Virus record (IMG/VR): IMGVR_UViG_3300031857_000038
Span: 32,001 to 96,000 of that record
Strand: one strand, 5' to 3'
Length of the DNA stretch: 64,000 nucleotides
Source of the DNA: a virus
Below are positions 12,001-18,990 of the stretch, piece by piece; position 1 is the stretch's first letter; every line of letters begins with the position of its first letter. The translations under genes and the position numbers were made by a program. The notes below the pieces were generated by a model that worked only from the letters and a program-made list of their open reading frames with translations, searched no databases and was not told the origin of the DNA.

Positions 12001-13331
12001 ATAAGTTTGTAGAAAATACGTTAATTAGAATTGACGGTACAACTGGTTCAGTTCAGCTTAATAATAACACATATTATGCTAAGATCATTGACCCACTCAC
12101 ATTTGATATCTATAATAGTCCATATGATTCTTCAATTACTGCGGTAAATGATCCCGTAACTACTATTGAAGCGTATATCAGTGGCGGCTATACATGGCGT
12201 CAGGGTCTATTCTTCATCAGCACTACTACAGCCACTGCTACTACTGAAGCATCACCCGATGACGATTATATAACTGTAGCTTCTACTGACGGTCTGGTTT
12301 CTGGAACTCCAGTATACTTCAGTGAAATTGAAACATCAAACACTGATATTAACGGAGATCCTACTCCGCTAATGGGAGGCTTAACACAGGGTACACTGTA
12401 TTATGTGAAGGACATTGTTAACTCTACTAGATTCACTGTGTCTTCAGTGAGATATGGTCCTGCTGTTAGCTTAACCGACGATTCCGGAAGAATCAACGTA
12501 ACTCAGTGGTCACAAGAAAATGTTGATAGAATGTATGTAACAATCAACGGCTATCGTGTTCCGTCATCTAAGCTCAAAGTCAATGACTTCAACGAAGTCA
12601 GCATTTTGTCAGAGATTGTCCCCGGTGATAGAGTCATTATCTCAAGTATGATACCAACTGCAACTCCTAATGAGGAAATATACATCAATTTTGTTAACAA
12701 TGTTGGGGACGCTGAAGTTTACAGAACCAGTCCAGAAATTACAACTTGGGTAACCGAAACTGTATATCCTTTAGCAACAGAAATCTTAGTCAACGATGTT
12801 ACTAAGCTAACTCGCCAGATAGTGCAGGAAGTCACAACTCCAGCTCCAGCTATTGCTGACGGATTCTACTATATAGGATTAACCGCAGACAAGAACTTGA
12901 TTGCTAATGTTAGAATCTTCAACAAGACTACACTAAACTTCATACCACAAGAAGCAATCAGTGTTGCTCTTATTGATTTGTCTCCTAATGTTAAGATTGC
13001 GCCCGGAGTCTACATTACGGAGGACGATGAGTTGACTATCACTACCCTAGAAGGTAACTTAGTCTATATCAACGGCGAACAGATTAGATTCAATAAGGTA
13101 GACTTTGATACTAATGCGTTGCAAGAAATTAGTAGAGGCGTGAACGGTACTGGTACACAAACTATCATACCTGCTTACTCTCCTGCATATGGACTGTTGT
13201 CGATAAATCAACTACCTAATGTGTTCTATGATCAGACTTGGAATTCCAACAAATATAACACCGTTGAAGGGGATCCGTTGCAGATTAGCGACACTATTCC
13301 TGCTCAATTCCTAATTGATCCGGCTAATTAA
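3..13331 (+). CDS. Giant virion structural protein (baseplate wedge/fibre-like), 5'-truncated, >4,440 aa
   Basis: Frame is open from position 3, so the true start lies upstream. T/S/V/N/G-rich. Contains FG-GAP-like repeats (FGxxV/IA..IGAP), BNR-like propeller repeats (SxDGxxW) and more than 12 G-x-x-YY(V/I)...F-x-(I/V)S modules. Followed by fibre genes. Confidence 0.75.
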   Translation, partial: FESTLYYNCNEANLEQDADLLSFSLIGYRPRDYLALADLTDITQINVYKNMIKNKGTVNAVTAFDGVNLPQGGIEYEVYENWAIKSGDYGGLLSQNFVEFRVDQNLLTGNPSIVSLTNGVYTEGAQQEVPIYSLFNYGDTITDPNVLAVTTDPYNNLYPSAGYANFNDVKMSSFYYGGLPNGVNKEGIVVPIQNFYVRDYLWLASFKEKWGIFSWSPIGEVVEVAANLNNTATVTFSKPHNLKNLDPIAIVNFSENVDGYYIVTQIVNLNQVIINLNVSGLESSGITGSGIGMLIYSQRVAQPGDINTLPLLEAEFTKNTVWVDENTDGGWAVYRKGINYARQGELSTTTSSTFGNSVAFTESAGYLVADSATGTVYRYYYKNANYDLAETITNDDSFGEKIVHNNNTFVISQPTTNPAVYVYSWNDTALANELLLAQTIAAPGGVTDWGSELAISGDGNWVYISDTLNTQVYVYRKNNQEFSAGYFVPTQTYVITELGTTDFTAIGAIENSVGITFEATGIGTGTGTAINTTYELVNIIENPDIVTAGSFVIGEEYKIVSLGNTDFTLVGAASNNVGVVFTATGIGAGTGTASAQSNSFGTAISTDFDSDCLFIGAPNKDYSVSVTNWGEVYFYQRSVQNFESTAVSTLTQPQFFALGWTPDTATKAVTATSDSTDRITLANVSGISVNDAITFEGTGLAGTDIIAYKTYYVAQVFPMSNAITIKESRSKANTDIVQLSTVSSISNATAHVQSELLLVNVNGRMVQDNNYAVVGSSLVYTGSLNAGDIVEVSGNDFYNVQTFNAASNSAINIQFGYDLDVTRQASELLIGSPFEIDSENREGLVYRFTNGGARFGIVAGENQCFLSTTRSILINGYQVTLAAGTAAAVANQIVNSRVPNITASATTDNKLIIQVVDPNLAEINNQLMVTAFDTATLDELGISVYSPTQVIPCPHKEGPTEFGKTIKFNQFDSVVIAAPAGPNFVATTFDFTDDENLDNDTVFDNNATRFVENYPNAGAVYMFDLLTNNNGSLSNPGAFVYAQPSNSANLDFVINPYYGEAVDFYDNVVIVGAPNQIINPSSVGQVTTFVNATGVRDWSEYRQSAPIVDINKIQNTQLFSASTNNTLINLDYMDPLQDKLLGAIRENIDYVSPEDPAKYNVDPLNVSANVWGSLQVGKIWFDTSTVRFVNYHQNDVVYNSEYWGTVFPGSDISVCTWVASNVLPGQYQGPGTPIDPTKYAVGSRLNASNIVTPVYYFWVRNSGLIVKEREKTLSDAVLASYIANPQSSGIAYMAPLLPNTFALYNSAEYINDIDSVFHIGFATNQDTDVPHNEFKLIRQNFPDDFLPGLMPGEEPFSLYARMLDSLSGTTISGEIVPNPFLPLAVQSGVLSRPRQSFFYNRFEALKNYLTYANAVLAQYPITEIKPDISFAFVSDEFYNTADYWEYINWWAPGYNNSTRAFAQVPLYADLAELTVNPGTLIKVDNNGSGSFEIYRYDGEGVWTRVGLENGTIAFSSALWEYAKFGLGYGNDFYDTIPYDDYPSEATRNIIRLLNEQIYTQELLIHRNKSLILLLEYIQTETIESQNYLPWLSKTSLMDVFHTVRELRPFEVFKSDNVEFLEGYINEVKPYHVVLKEFLIKYDGMEVYDGNITDFDVPATYNTNFDQYISPQLVFTDPDNEYQYDETSPIWSTAPYTQWYQNYGLSLTGQENYLITTLKSYMDLGSNVMLVDNASGFPSNGVIQIDQEIISYAFVDRNLNLLGGLSRGFNNSQVSEHIPDSDIFIDLPAVVVLDEGSGYTQVPRVTAYVDTALYPAPRTEAILQAVMSGGRVSSVQVIDPGEGYVVLPEIRIDSAYTIPFSDTDINASLNTININAPFLRTGEIVKFNSGTDGAKPTNLVDDSWYYVGVLESLPSVIIALYTNYSDAVKDQNRINIAPGLASNDMTLSPGARASTITSSAPTRENNITLRFDRTTYNSQVIDWESGTFYGAFFAGTYYNSDKISSSAITLENTEPDINTILASAQGVALQISDVTDEEELVWSAFTRYVSGTSSVDNSISLIPQDGNNPDLSELEPNASGTTIGFYIGMPIKFVGTIVGGLSEGVTYYVSEIIDEIKFSVSDTINGSTRVLNNGTVNARLLECYTGNINETVIVSVDYPGIIEATQTEGVINAITAPLSPVGTGGTIGFYTNLPVFFTGNVFGGIIENFNYYVTSVIDNQTFTISETPNPVTVTVTQTKASGNSLVVSTINGISRNDPIIITSLTGGLATSGIVAGRTYYVSQLINPTELTISEVVNGPVLSVASRVGTAVLTNQKDTVKLTNATGSMTMNVSLPVSPGQVDGQLFTLYKTSGQFTDITPSGANYSDLIERPIRATIGTVNKIAISENDGGTFNFYVNMPIQVLSNVGGLVTGTTYFVTEYSGMVDPLDSELTLPNIQVEVTNTSDIGNVLTCTVDLLRGFDGTDSLYEKMPITFQGTGLGGIVIDQEYYVKTIVSATQFTVSEVVDGPVKVLTLANGLMVGTGDPYITVSTSKGGSSVALTDDNSATSSFTQFITVDPVFDLSYLLGGYNAIISTPGEGFAISNTILIPGTAVDGTSPANDILLTVNTIDEDGGITSVIRSGTPPSVANQYYMQVRSANTLAVYKNSLLTIPATPAEFDYVGYTTATVTETQTSTDIITVNSTAEFAVNDAVVFTGDVTGGMNLGQTYYILDNGNFTATTLQISDTPGGSVIPLSTATSQNYSMAKLGSVAFLPEPFFFNQSIVRFNNRVYVCVVSNNDDEFIFGKWELLDSGDRRLNAMDRVIGYYQPTSNMPGVDLQQLFEGTTYPNPIYQGNNFDPNLQYGVDTILTPLPFYPSEVDISGIIWNGDNYLASANLPGYNAILTSEDGETWTINQLTNNNINTTSISQLNGFYFLTSANPTVPLLRSVNGVAWSAVSYFVPFGTTELELQNLAALNIPSLSLNDVAYCTTGDAWVSVGRNILRSEDGIVWRELTEFNPSLEYNLNAVSSVTGANCLGLVAVGKGKQPDYSTGVTQLVDVGLIFYSQNSVNWNQIQPLTSNGLYGVSSDGTTVIAVGERQVIYYTQNGFDWLGLNEVGCVFVDSINNYLNVTNTAGFTDGSLGTPVRFNNSFSTIVANTTYYVKEIISQTQVTLSSTLDGSVLTLSSASIPDNTRMFVYDASDPIPATLNDILYANSLWITVGNEGTIKTSTDGIVWETRTSNTTNNLDNVTYNEDQGVFVVVGENNTILTSADGISWEETSVFDPIVPVYDVKGANFQFGYAPEELVAGVVSDNLALIVNTRPGSNWPVVEYGHTGFNVNSIEVAPINATQLEYSFANLANVPVTLRVQVINGTTELGTTLSPDAYTIDWINKKIILDQAISFSPRLDKLRIDVYEAGNGDQLVKASTDTYPIITDSDFGFREINLSCNYSATIFEGGGALRPGTDNVNVRVFETESVTNRIFCDEVADFIINSPISFQGVPFGGLQEETVYYVKTISFATNAITVSTVFDSLTGIAGPTTELTDDTGEMFANIQNGVAAVWTDPLVEHNGEKLVFGGIGLVTRSKSSNNALTTGTTSGLIVGTPITFGQASFGVLVPFQRYYIQSIIDGNEFTISETQGGPVLAQDDFAGTTTFVTNDYSIGLRNGNKAKLVFANNTFTNDVDYISFSIFGETQPAQYGYAVPETQYYAGNGSTSLFQLANFVGLDNPQNAIVEVNGVRQTISQYTIDAIANTILFDSPPPANSVVAVTTYNDTLRQYLTSQYDITGNPGSSLLNLTVIETVNELGTYDQDAPVVQTYDQDTPVIVLYDEFLNYLTLGPGDDTSVLNVNDSLQFSAPTLGGIVAGQTYYVLQILNSTDFVISEEVGGTPFVVSDDTGSMSLLANGLTVAPIANISNSLTPPIAISNATSTTAGSPNQITADSTTGFIVNQPVQFFGTSFDANIRTDGVVYFIRSIVNSTTFTIKDAAGTQIVTVGGSGNMQVVVGGQPSVRVTTSIEHKFVENTLIRIDGTTGSVQLNNNTYYAKIIDPLTFDIYNSPYDSSITAVNDPVTTIEAYISGGYTWRQGLFFISTTTATATTEASPDDDYITVASTDGLVSGTPVYFSEIETSNTDINGDPTPLMGGLTQGTLYYVKDIVNSTRFTVSSVRYGPAVSLTDDSGRINVTQWSQENVDRMYVTINGYRVPSSKLKVNDFNEVSILSEIVPGDRVIISSMIPTATPNEEIYINFVNNVGDAEVYRTSPEITTWVTETVYPLATEILVNDVTKLTRQIVQEVTTPAPAIADGFYYIGLTADKNLIANVRIFNKTTLNFIPQEAISVALIDLSPNVKIAPGVYITEDDELTITTLEGNLVYINGEQIRFNKVDFDTNALQEISRGVNGTGTQTIIPAYSPAYGLLSINQLPNVFYDQTWNSNKYNTVEGDPLQISDTIPAQFLIDPAN

Positions 13332-13334
13332 GAG

Positions 13335-13341
13335 ATAAATA
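13335..13341 (+). promoter_or_regulatory. T4-type late promoter-like motif ATAAATA
   Basis: Intergenic, 5 nt before the ATG at 13347. The motif recurs before many genes in this window. Confidence 0.55.
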
Positions 13342-13346
13342 AAGAA

Positions 13347-13493
13347 ATGAATACTAATATATCAACCAGTTCTACTAAAAAGGTTACTGAAAAAAAGCCC
13401 AACGAGATTGGTGGCTTCCACTTTTCCTCTGGAATTAAGATTTTTGATCCAGTAACGAAAGAAGTTCTTCTACAAAAGAGAGGCGACAACTAA
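13347..13493 (+). CDS. 48-aa protein MNTNISTSSTKKVTEKKPNEIGGFHFSSGIKIFDPVTKEVLLQKRGDN (not in ORF track)
   Basis: Translated by hand. It fills the gap between genes, and its TAA overlaps the next ATG (TAATG). The C-terminus resembles the N-terminus of the next gene. Confidence 0.7.
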   Translation: MNTNISTSSTKKVTEKKPNEIGGFHFSSGIKIFDPVTKEVLLQKRGDN

Positions 13494-14113
13494 TGTCTAT
13501 CATCAACTTATCATATAAGGTAGAAGGCTTCCTCAAGATTTATGACCCTAACAACGGGGAAATTTTTGTAGATAAGAAAAACGCCATCAACTACGAGAAT
13601 ATGTCAGTAGCAATTGCTGATACATTGAGCAGTAGAGGATACGGTGAAATCTATCAGATGGCATTCGGTAATGGTGGAGCTAGTGTTGACCAAACTGGCG
13701 TAATCACATATCTGCCACCTAACGTAACTGGTCAAAATGCTGCATTGTACAATCAGACATATGCTAAAATTGTAGATGACACGAGCGTTTTCAATCTAGA
13801 TCCTACTAGAAACAAGATGACTGTCCTACATACAACAGGCACTGTGTACTCAGATATTCTAGTTCAATGTCTTCTAGACTACGGTGAGCCAGCTGGACAA
13901 GCAGCATTTGATAACAGTACTCAAACAGATTCAACATATGTATTTGATGAATTAGGACTATTAGCCAACTACGGTACAGATAACAATGGCAATGTAATAA
14001 CTAGATTGCTAACTCACGTTATCTTCCACCCAGTGCAAAAGTCGTTGAACAGACAAATACAAATTGACTACACAATTAGAATTCAAAGTTTAACTAATCT
14101 AGTAACTATTTAA
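13493..14113 (+). CDS. Putative baseplate/tail structural protein (206 aa)
   Basis: Lies between the giant structural gene and the fibre genes. C-terminal FDELGL...LLTHVIFHPVQKS...IDYTIRI resembles baseplate-associated beta-sandwich proteins. Confidence 0.6.
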   Translation: MSIINLSYKVEGFLKIYDPNNGEIFVDKKNAINYENMSVAIADTLSSRGYGEIYQMAFGNGGASVDQTGVITYLPPNVTGQNAALYNQTYAKIVDDTSVFNLDPTRNKMTVLHTTGTVYSDILVQCLLDYGEPAGQAAFDNSTQTDSTYVFDELGLLANYGTDNNGNVITRLLTHVIFHPVQKSLNRQIQIDYTIRIQSLTNLVTI

Positions 14114-14126
14114 GGGAGCGCAAGAA

Positions 14127-16367
14127 GTGTCGTATAGTATTTTCAGAACCAATGGTTCACTTTTAACAACTATTCCGGACGGTACGGTTAATACTACCAG
14201 CACTCCTTTAAGCTTGCCCGGTAGAAACTATGCCAGCTACGGTCAAATTGTAGATACCAACTTCGTTAGAGCATTAGAAAACTGGGCGGACACTGCTCCT
14301 CCTAGCAATGCTATGAAGGGACAACTATGGTATAACACAACTGCAAACATATTATATATTTGTCCTACAGACGGAGAAACTGATCCTGCTGATTGGGTAC
14401 CTATTCTAACACCAAATAATATTAGTAACATTTCAGTTGTAAACCTTACTGCATCAGCGAATATCACTGCAAATAACGCAGCTATAACCAACAATGCAAA
14501 CGCTAACGCCATCAGTACAAATTATCTAACAGTTAACGTTCAAGCAAACATTGCTAATGCAAATATTACTGGAAATGCAGTAATTGCAAACTTGCGAACA
14601 GCAAACCTAACAGCTGGCTCAAATACTACTACTGGTACTTTAACTGGAGCTTGGACAGTAAATGGCGACGCAACAGTTAGTAGCGTTGCAAACACTGCTT
14701 TGTATGTGACTGGTGGTAACCTAGTAGTTAGCACCGGAATAAAGACTAATAACTATCTATATGCTAACGGTGTCGCTGTATCATTTGACGGTACATATAC
14801 CAACAGTAACGTAGCAGCATATCTACCTACTTATGTAGGAAATGTAGGTGAGGCAGGTAATGCTACAGTGTTCAACGGTAGAACTCTATCTACCGGATCC
14901 AACGTAACTACCGGAAATATTATTGGTAACTGGACACTAACAGCCGGCTCACAGATTAACGGTCTATCAGGTATTGCAGGTGCAAACGTCACTGGTACAG
15001 TTGCTAATGCTACATACGCAGTAAGCGCGGGTACAGCAGGAAGTGCAACTACAGCAGGCACAGTAACAACAGCAGCACAGCCCAATATTACGAGCGTTGG
15101 CACACTAACCGGTCTTACTGTTTCTGGTAATGCAAACTTTACTGGACAATTGATAAGTTTGGGAGCTAACGGCAACGTATCTATAACAGGCGGTTCAGCA
15201 GGACAAGTATTGTCAACTGACGGCTCTGGAGGTCTAAGCTGGGTATCAGCCGCAGCAGCAGACACCGCAATCACTGTTACTGCTAATGCGCAGCCAAACA
15301 TTACTAGTACGGGAACTCTCACTGGATTAACAGTGTCAGGAAACGCATCCTTCAGTGGTGCAAACGTAAACTTAGGCTCCGTAGCAAATCTAAAGATTCA
15401 AGGCGGCTCTTCAGGACAAATATTAACATCACTTGGTGCTGGAAACGTAGCTTGGCAAACAACAGATCCCGTCATTCCATCTGGAACTAGAATGATATTT
15501 GCTCAGACAAACGCTCCGACCGGATGGGTAAAGGACACTTCATTTGACAACGCTGCACTAAGAGTTGTGTCAGGCACTGCTGGTTCAGGCGGCTCTGTCA
15601 ACTTTACGGCTGCATTTACTTCTCAATCAGTTACTGGTACAATAGATAATACTACCGCAGGCGGTACTGTAGGAAATGCTACTATTAGCGCAACCATCGG
15701 AGAAACTGCGGTTTCGGGTACTGTAGCAAATGCTACTGTGGGAGGAAGTGTTGGCACTAATACAATTAGCGCAAGCGTCGGAGAAACTGCGGTTTCCGGA
15801 TCAATTGGCACCACGGTTGCTAGCGGTACAGTAGGATCTACATCAATTAGTGCTAGTGTCGGAAGTACTGCGGTATCAGGAACAATTGGAGAAACTACTG
15901 TTTCTGGAACTACTTCTAGCAATCTCACCGGAATTACCCTAAACATTACTAACTCAGAGCAAATTGAGAACGAGCAAAATCAATTCTGGGTTTATCGTTA
16001 TGCAATAGATGATCCAGGACACAGTCACACGGTTTCTACAAGCCCTCACTCTCACTCGTTCTCGTCACCGTCTCACACCCACGATTTCACTCAGACGGCA
16101 CACACCCACACTTTTGCGGGTGCAGGCCACAACCACACATTTTCCTCACCAAATCACGCTCACTCGTTTACTCAAGCGGCTCACGGGCACACCTTCTCAG
16201 GCGACTCGCACAATCACTCATTTTCGTCACCGAATCACACGCACAGCTTTAGTCAGTCGGCGCACAATCACTCCTTCACTGGCTCTGCCCATAATCACAC
16301 ATTTTCGGGAACGGACATTAACTTAGCTGTTAAATATGTAGATACGATTATAGCAACAAAGAGTTAA
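14127..16367 (+). CDS. Tail fibre with C-terminal HxH metal-binding needle (746 aa)
   Basis: GQLWYNTT fibre motif, two AQPNITSxGTLTGLTVSGN repeats, two G(S/A)GQ(V/I)L(S/T)...W repeats, a collar-like IPSGTRMIFAQTNAPTGW segment and 11 HxH motifs. Confidence 0.85.
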   Translation: MSYSIFRTNGSLLTTIPDGTVNTTSTPLSLPGRNYASYGQIVDTNFVRALENWADTAPPSNAMKGQLWYNTTANILYICPTDGETDPADWVPILTPNNISNISVVNLTASANITANNAAITNNANANAISTNYLTVNVQANIANANITGNAVIANLRTANLTAGSNTTTGTLTGAWTVNGDATVSSVANTALYVTGGNLVVSTGIKTNNYLYANGVAVSFDGTYTNSNVAAYLPTYVGNVGEAGNATVFNGRTLSTGSNVTTGNIIGNWTLTAGSQINGLSGIAGANVTGTVANATYAVSAGTAGSATTAGTVTTAAQPNITSVGTLTGLTVSGNANFTGQLISLGANGNVSITGGSAGQVLSTDGSGGLSWVSAAAADTAITVTANAQPNITSTGTLTGLTVSGNASFSGANVNLGSVANLKIQGGSSGQILTSLGAGNVAWQTTDPVIPSGTRMIFAQTNAPTGWVKDTSFDNAALRVVSGTAGSGGSVNFTAAFTSQSVTGTIDNTTAGGTVGNATISATIGETAVSGTVANATVGGSVGTNTISASVGETAVSGSIGTTVASGTVGSTSISASVGSTAVSGTIGETTVSGTTSSNLTGITLNITNSEQIENEQNQFWVYRYAIDDPGHSHTVSTSPHSHSFSSPSHTHDFTQTAHTHTFAGAGHNHTFSSPNHAHSFTQAAHGHTFSGDSHNHSFSSPNHTHSFSQSAHNHSFTGSAHNHTFSGTDINLAVKYVDTIIATKS

Positions 16368-16373
16368 TGAAAT

Positions 16374-16706
16374 ATGAAATTAGAACCCGGAAAATTTTGT
16401 CCACTGATTAAAAAAGATTGCATAGGTCTTCAATGTTCGTGGTTTACTTTAGTAAGAGGTACGCATCCTCAAACAGGACAAGAAGTTGATGAATGGGGAT
16501 GTGCAGTAACGTGGATGCCGGTCTTAACGATTGATAACAGTCAACAACAAAGACAAACAGGCGCCGCAGTTGAAAGTTTTAGAAACGAAGTGATTAAGTC
16601 TGCTGAGAAAAGTCAACATTTGATAGCAGCAGACCTTCAGCATCGCATAGAAGAATCTAGAAGAATACAATCGTTACCCTATAACGATACAGCAAATAAT
16701 ACATGA
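16374..16706 (+). CDS. Cys-rich fibre-associated protein, possibly an assembly chaperone (110 aa)
   Basis: CPL...C...C.WF...WGC and QQRQTGAAVESFRNE. Directly follows the needle fibre gene. Confidence 0.55.
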   Translation: MKLEPGKFCPLIKKDCIGLQCSWFTLVRGTHPQTGQEVDEWGCAVTWMPVLTIDNSQQQRQTGAAVESFRNEVIKSAEKSQHLIAADLQHRIEESRRIQSLPYNDTANNT

Positions 16707-16712
16707 TAAATA
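16706..16712 (+). promoter_or_regulatory. Late promoter-like ATAAATA
   Basis: Intergenic, followed by a GGAG Shine-Dalgarno and the ATG at 16736. Confidence 0.55.
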
Positions 16713-16735
16713 TTCGTACACGGAGAAATTTTTAA

Positions 16736-17974
16736 ATGGCATATACAATAGTTAAAAGCGATGGTACAGTACTTACTACCATTCCAGATGGTACGATAGA
16801 TACTACTAGTACCTCTCTTGGATTACCAGGAAGAAGCTTTTCCGGTTATGGGCAAGCTCAAGATACAAACTTTGTTCACTTAACAGAAAATTTTGCTTCT
16901 TCTACTCCTCCTCCTAATCCTATTAGAGGTCAGCTTTGGTACAATACAACTACTAACACAATGCTTGTATGTCCAGCAGACGGCGAAGCAAACGCCGCAG
17001 CTTGGTTAGCACTAACTTCAACTTCTAGTGGTTCTACTACTACATTCGGTAACATTTCAGTAAGCGGGTCAATCACAACTACTGAATTGACAGTAGACAA
17101 TGAAATCTCAGCCGGCTCAGTATCAACTGATGCATTGACTGTTACTAATAACGCAAACATTGCTAACGCTACTCTATCAGGAACTACTACAGTTGCTAGT
17201 GTACAGACAGCAACCATTACGACAGGTGGAGCCGCTACAAACGGTAACTTGACCGGTACATGGACAGTATCTGGTAACGGAGTAGCTAACAGCGTTAACG
17301 GAACTGCACTTTGGATTACTGACGGTAACCTTGTAATTTCAGGCGCAGGTAGTATCGGTATACGAACCGACAATTATATGTACGCAAACGGAGTATCTAT
17401 TCCACTAGGCGGTACATATGGTAACAGTAACGTAGCAGCATACTTACCAACATATGCAGCAAACATTGGTCCCGTAGGCGGCGCAGCAGTGTTTAATGGT
17501 AGAACTTTATCTACTGGTGCAAATACAACTACTGGTAACATTACAGGTAACTGGTCACTAACAGCAGGCTCACGCCTCAATGCTACTTACGCTGACCTTG
17601 CAGAACGTTTTGCAGCAGATGAAGCGTATGAACCAGGTACTGTAGTAGAGTTAGGCGGCGAAAAAGAAATCACAATTGCAAAAGATGAACTGTCAGAGAA
17701 GATATTCGGCGTTGTTTCAAACACTGCTGCTTACTTGATGAATGCGGCTGCCGGTGATGATGATACTCACCCTGCAATTGCTCTTGCTGGACGAGCTTCA
17801 GTTAAGGTAATCGGCACTGTTAAAAAGGGTGATAGACTTGTAAGCGCCGGAAATGGAATAGCTAGAGCAGCCTCTGATGCCGAAGCAACCGCGTTCAATA
17901 CTATTGGTAGATCATTAATAAATAAAGAGACAGAAGACGCCGGCGTTATTGAAGCCGTAGTTATGATAAGATAA
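16736..17974 (+). CDS. Tail fibre/spike paralog with C-terminal intramolecular-chaperone-like domain (412 aa)
   Basis: N-terminal ~280 aa is collinear with the gene at 14127. The C-terminal YADLAERF...YEPGTVVELGG...GVVS...IALAGR...KKGDRLV is typical of phage fibre autocleaving chaperone-like domains. Confidence 0.75.
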   Translation: MAYTIVKSDGTVLTTIPDGTIDTTSTSLGLPGRSFSGYGQAQDTNFVHLTENFASSTPPPNPIRGQLWYNTTTNTMLVCPADGEANAAAWLALTSTSSGSTTTFGNISVSGSITTTELTVDNEISAGSVSTDALTVTNNANIANATLSGTTTVASVQTATITTGGAATNGNLTGTWTVSGNGVANSVNGTALWITDGNLVISGAGSIGIRTDNYMYANGVSIPLGGTYGNSNVAAYLPTYAANIGPVGGAAVFNGRTLSTGANTTTGNITGNWSLTAGSRLNATYADLAERFAADEAYEPGTVVELGGEKEITIAKDELSEKIFGVVSNTAAYLMNAAAGDDDTHPAIALAGRASVKVIGTVKKGDRLVSAGNGIARAASDAEATAFNTIGRSLINKETEDAGVIEAVVMIR

Positions 17975-17986
17975 TAAGGATTTAAG

Positions 17987-18940
17987 ATGGCCTACGCTCA
18001 ATTCGCTACAATAGATGCAGCAGACTTTAATACGCTAGTAGGCGGTAACCCCACTACGACTGTTAATACATTAAATGCGACTTGGGCAACAGGCGGCGGC
18101 ACTGCTGGTTACGGGCAAACTGCTGTAGGTAACGTTACTGTTGGGACTAATATTTTAGCCAGCACTCAATGGGCATCACTAGTAGCTAATACTGCTAGCG
18201 CAGCATCACACCAAGGGTCTAGTATTACTAGCGTTTCTACTCCGGTAGCAGGCGGAGTAATTACCTATAACGCAGCTATCCCCACTAACTTGACAACTAT
18301 CTATACCAATAGATTAAATGCAGCGGCTCAAGGTTCCACTACAACTAACACAGCTACTAGAGGATCTACTTGGTCAAACCAATTGACGTTCACTCACACT
18401 GCTACTTTTGCTAACGGCAACGCTGCCCGCTACTTCTTTAATGCTGGTGGTCAAATTAAAATGACTGTATCACATCCTGGTTCTTCTGGCATTGATTTAT
18501 TGTTTAACAATCTTGCAAGTAACGTAGGTACAGTGGTATTGTCTGCACCAACATCAGGTTCAGTATCAATTGCCGGCACATCATATAACGGCATTACTAA
18601 GATTGGTGGCGGAGGAAACGCTCCTACTATTTCTCAGAACAATGGTTACTATGCGTTGACTACATCCAACGCTAACGTATTCACTCAGACTGCTAGCACA
18701 GGCCCAAGCGGTTATCTATCATCATTCATTCGCTTCATTGTTCAAAGTAATGGTACACAGGGTTCAAACGGTGATGCTGGTTCAGTAATCACTATCTACA
18801 CTATTTGGGACGAAGTACCCGACGGTCTAGTTGTTGCGACTGGCTCAGCAACTACTATGACGCTCACGCCTCCTGCAACTACTAACATCGCTAACACTTG
18901 GGGCGCAGTCACACTGTCCGGTACTGTAACCGGTTCCTAA
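17987..18940 (+). CDS. T/S/G/A/N-rich virion structural protein (317 aa)
   Basis: Composition, ARYFFNAGG motif, TAAGGA Shine-Dalgarno and position in the fibre module. Confidence 0.65.
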   Translation: MAYAQFATIDAADFNTLVGGNPTTTVNTLNATWATGGGTAGYGQTAVGNVTVGTNILASTQWASLVANTASAASHQGSSITSVSTPVAGGVITYNAAIPTNLTTIYTNRLNAAAQGSTTTNTATRGSTWSNQLTFTHTATFANGNAARYFFNAGGQIKMTVSHPGSSGIDLLFNNLASNVGTVVLSAPTSGSVSIAGTSYNGITKIGGGGNAPTISQNNGYYALTTSNANVFTQTASTGPSGYLSSFIRFIVQSNGTQGSNGDAGSVITIYTIWDEVPDGLVVATGSATTMTLTPPATTNIANTWGAVTLSGTVTGS

Positions 18941-18990
18941 CTTTTTTAATCGCATAGGGGTATCCATCTAAATACTCATAGGAGTTTACG

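Noticed and set aside
16009-16326. Alternative-frame + strand 105-aa ORF over the HxH repeats
   Set aside because: A by-product of repetitive CAC/TCx codons. No Shine-Dalgarno or slippery site seen.
1457-17580. Many short minus-strand ORFs inside structural genes
   Set aside because: Shadow frames of low-complexity T/G/A-rich coding sequence. No supporting signals.
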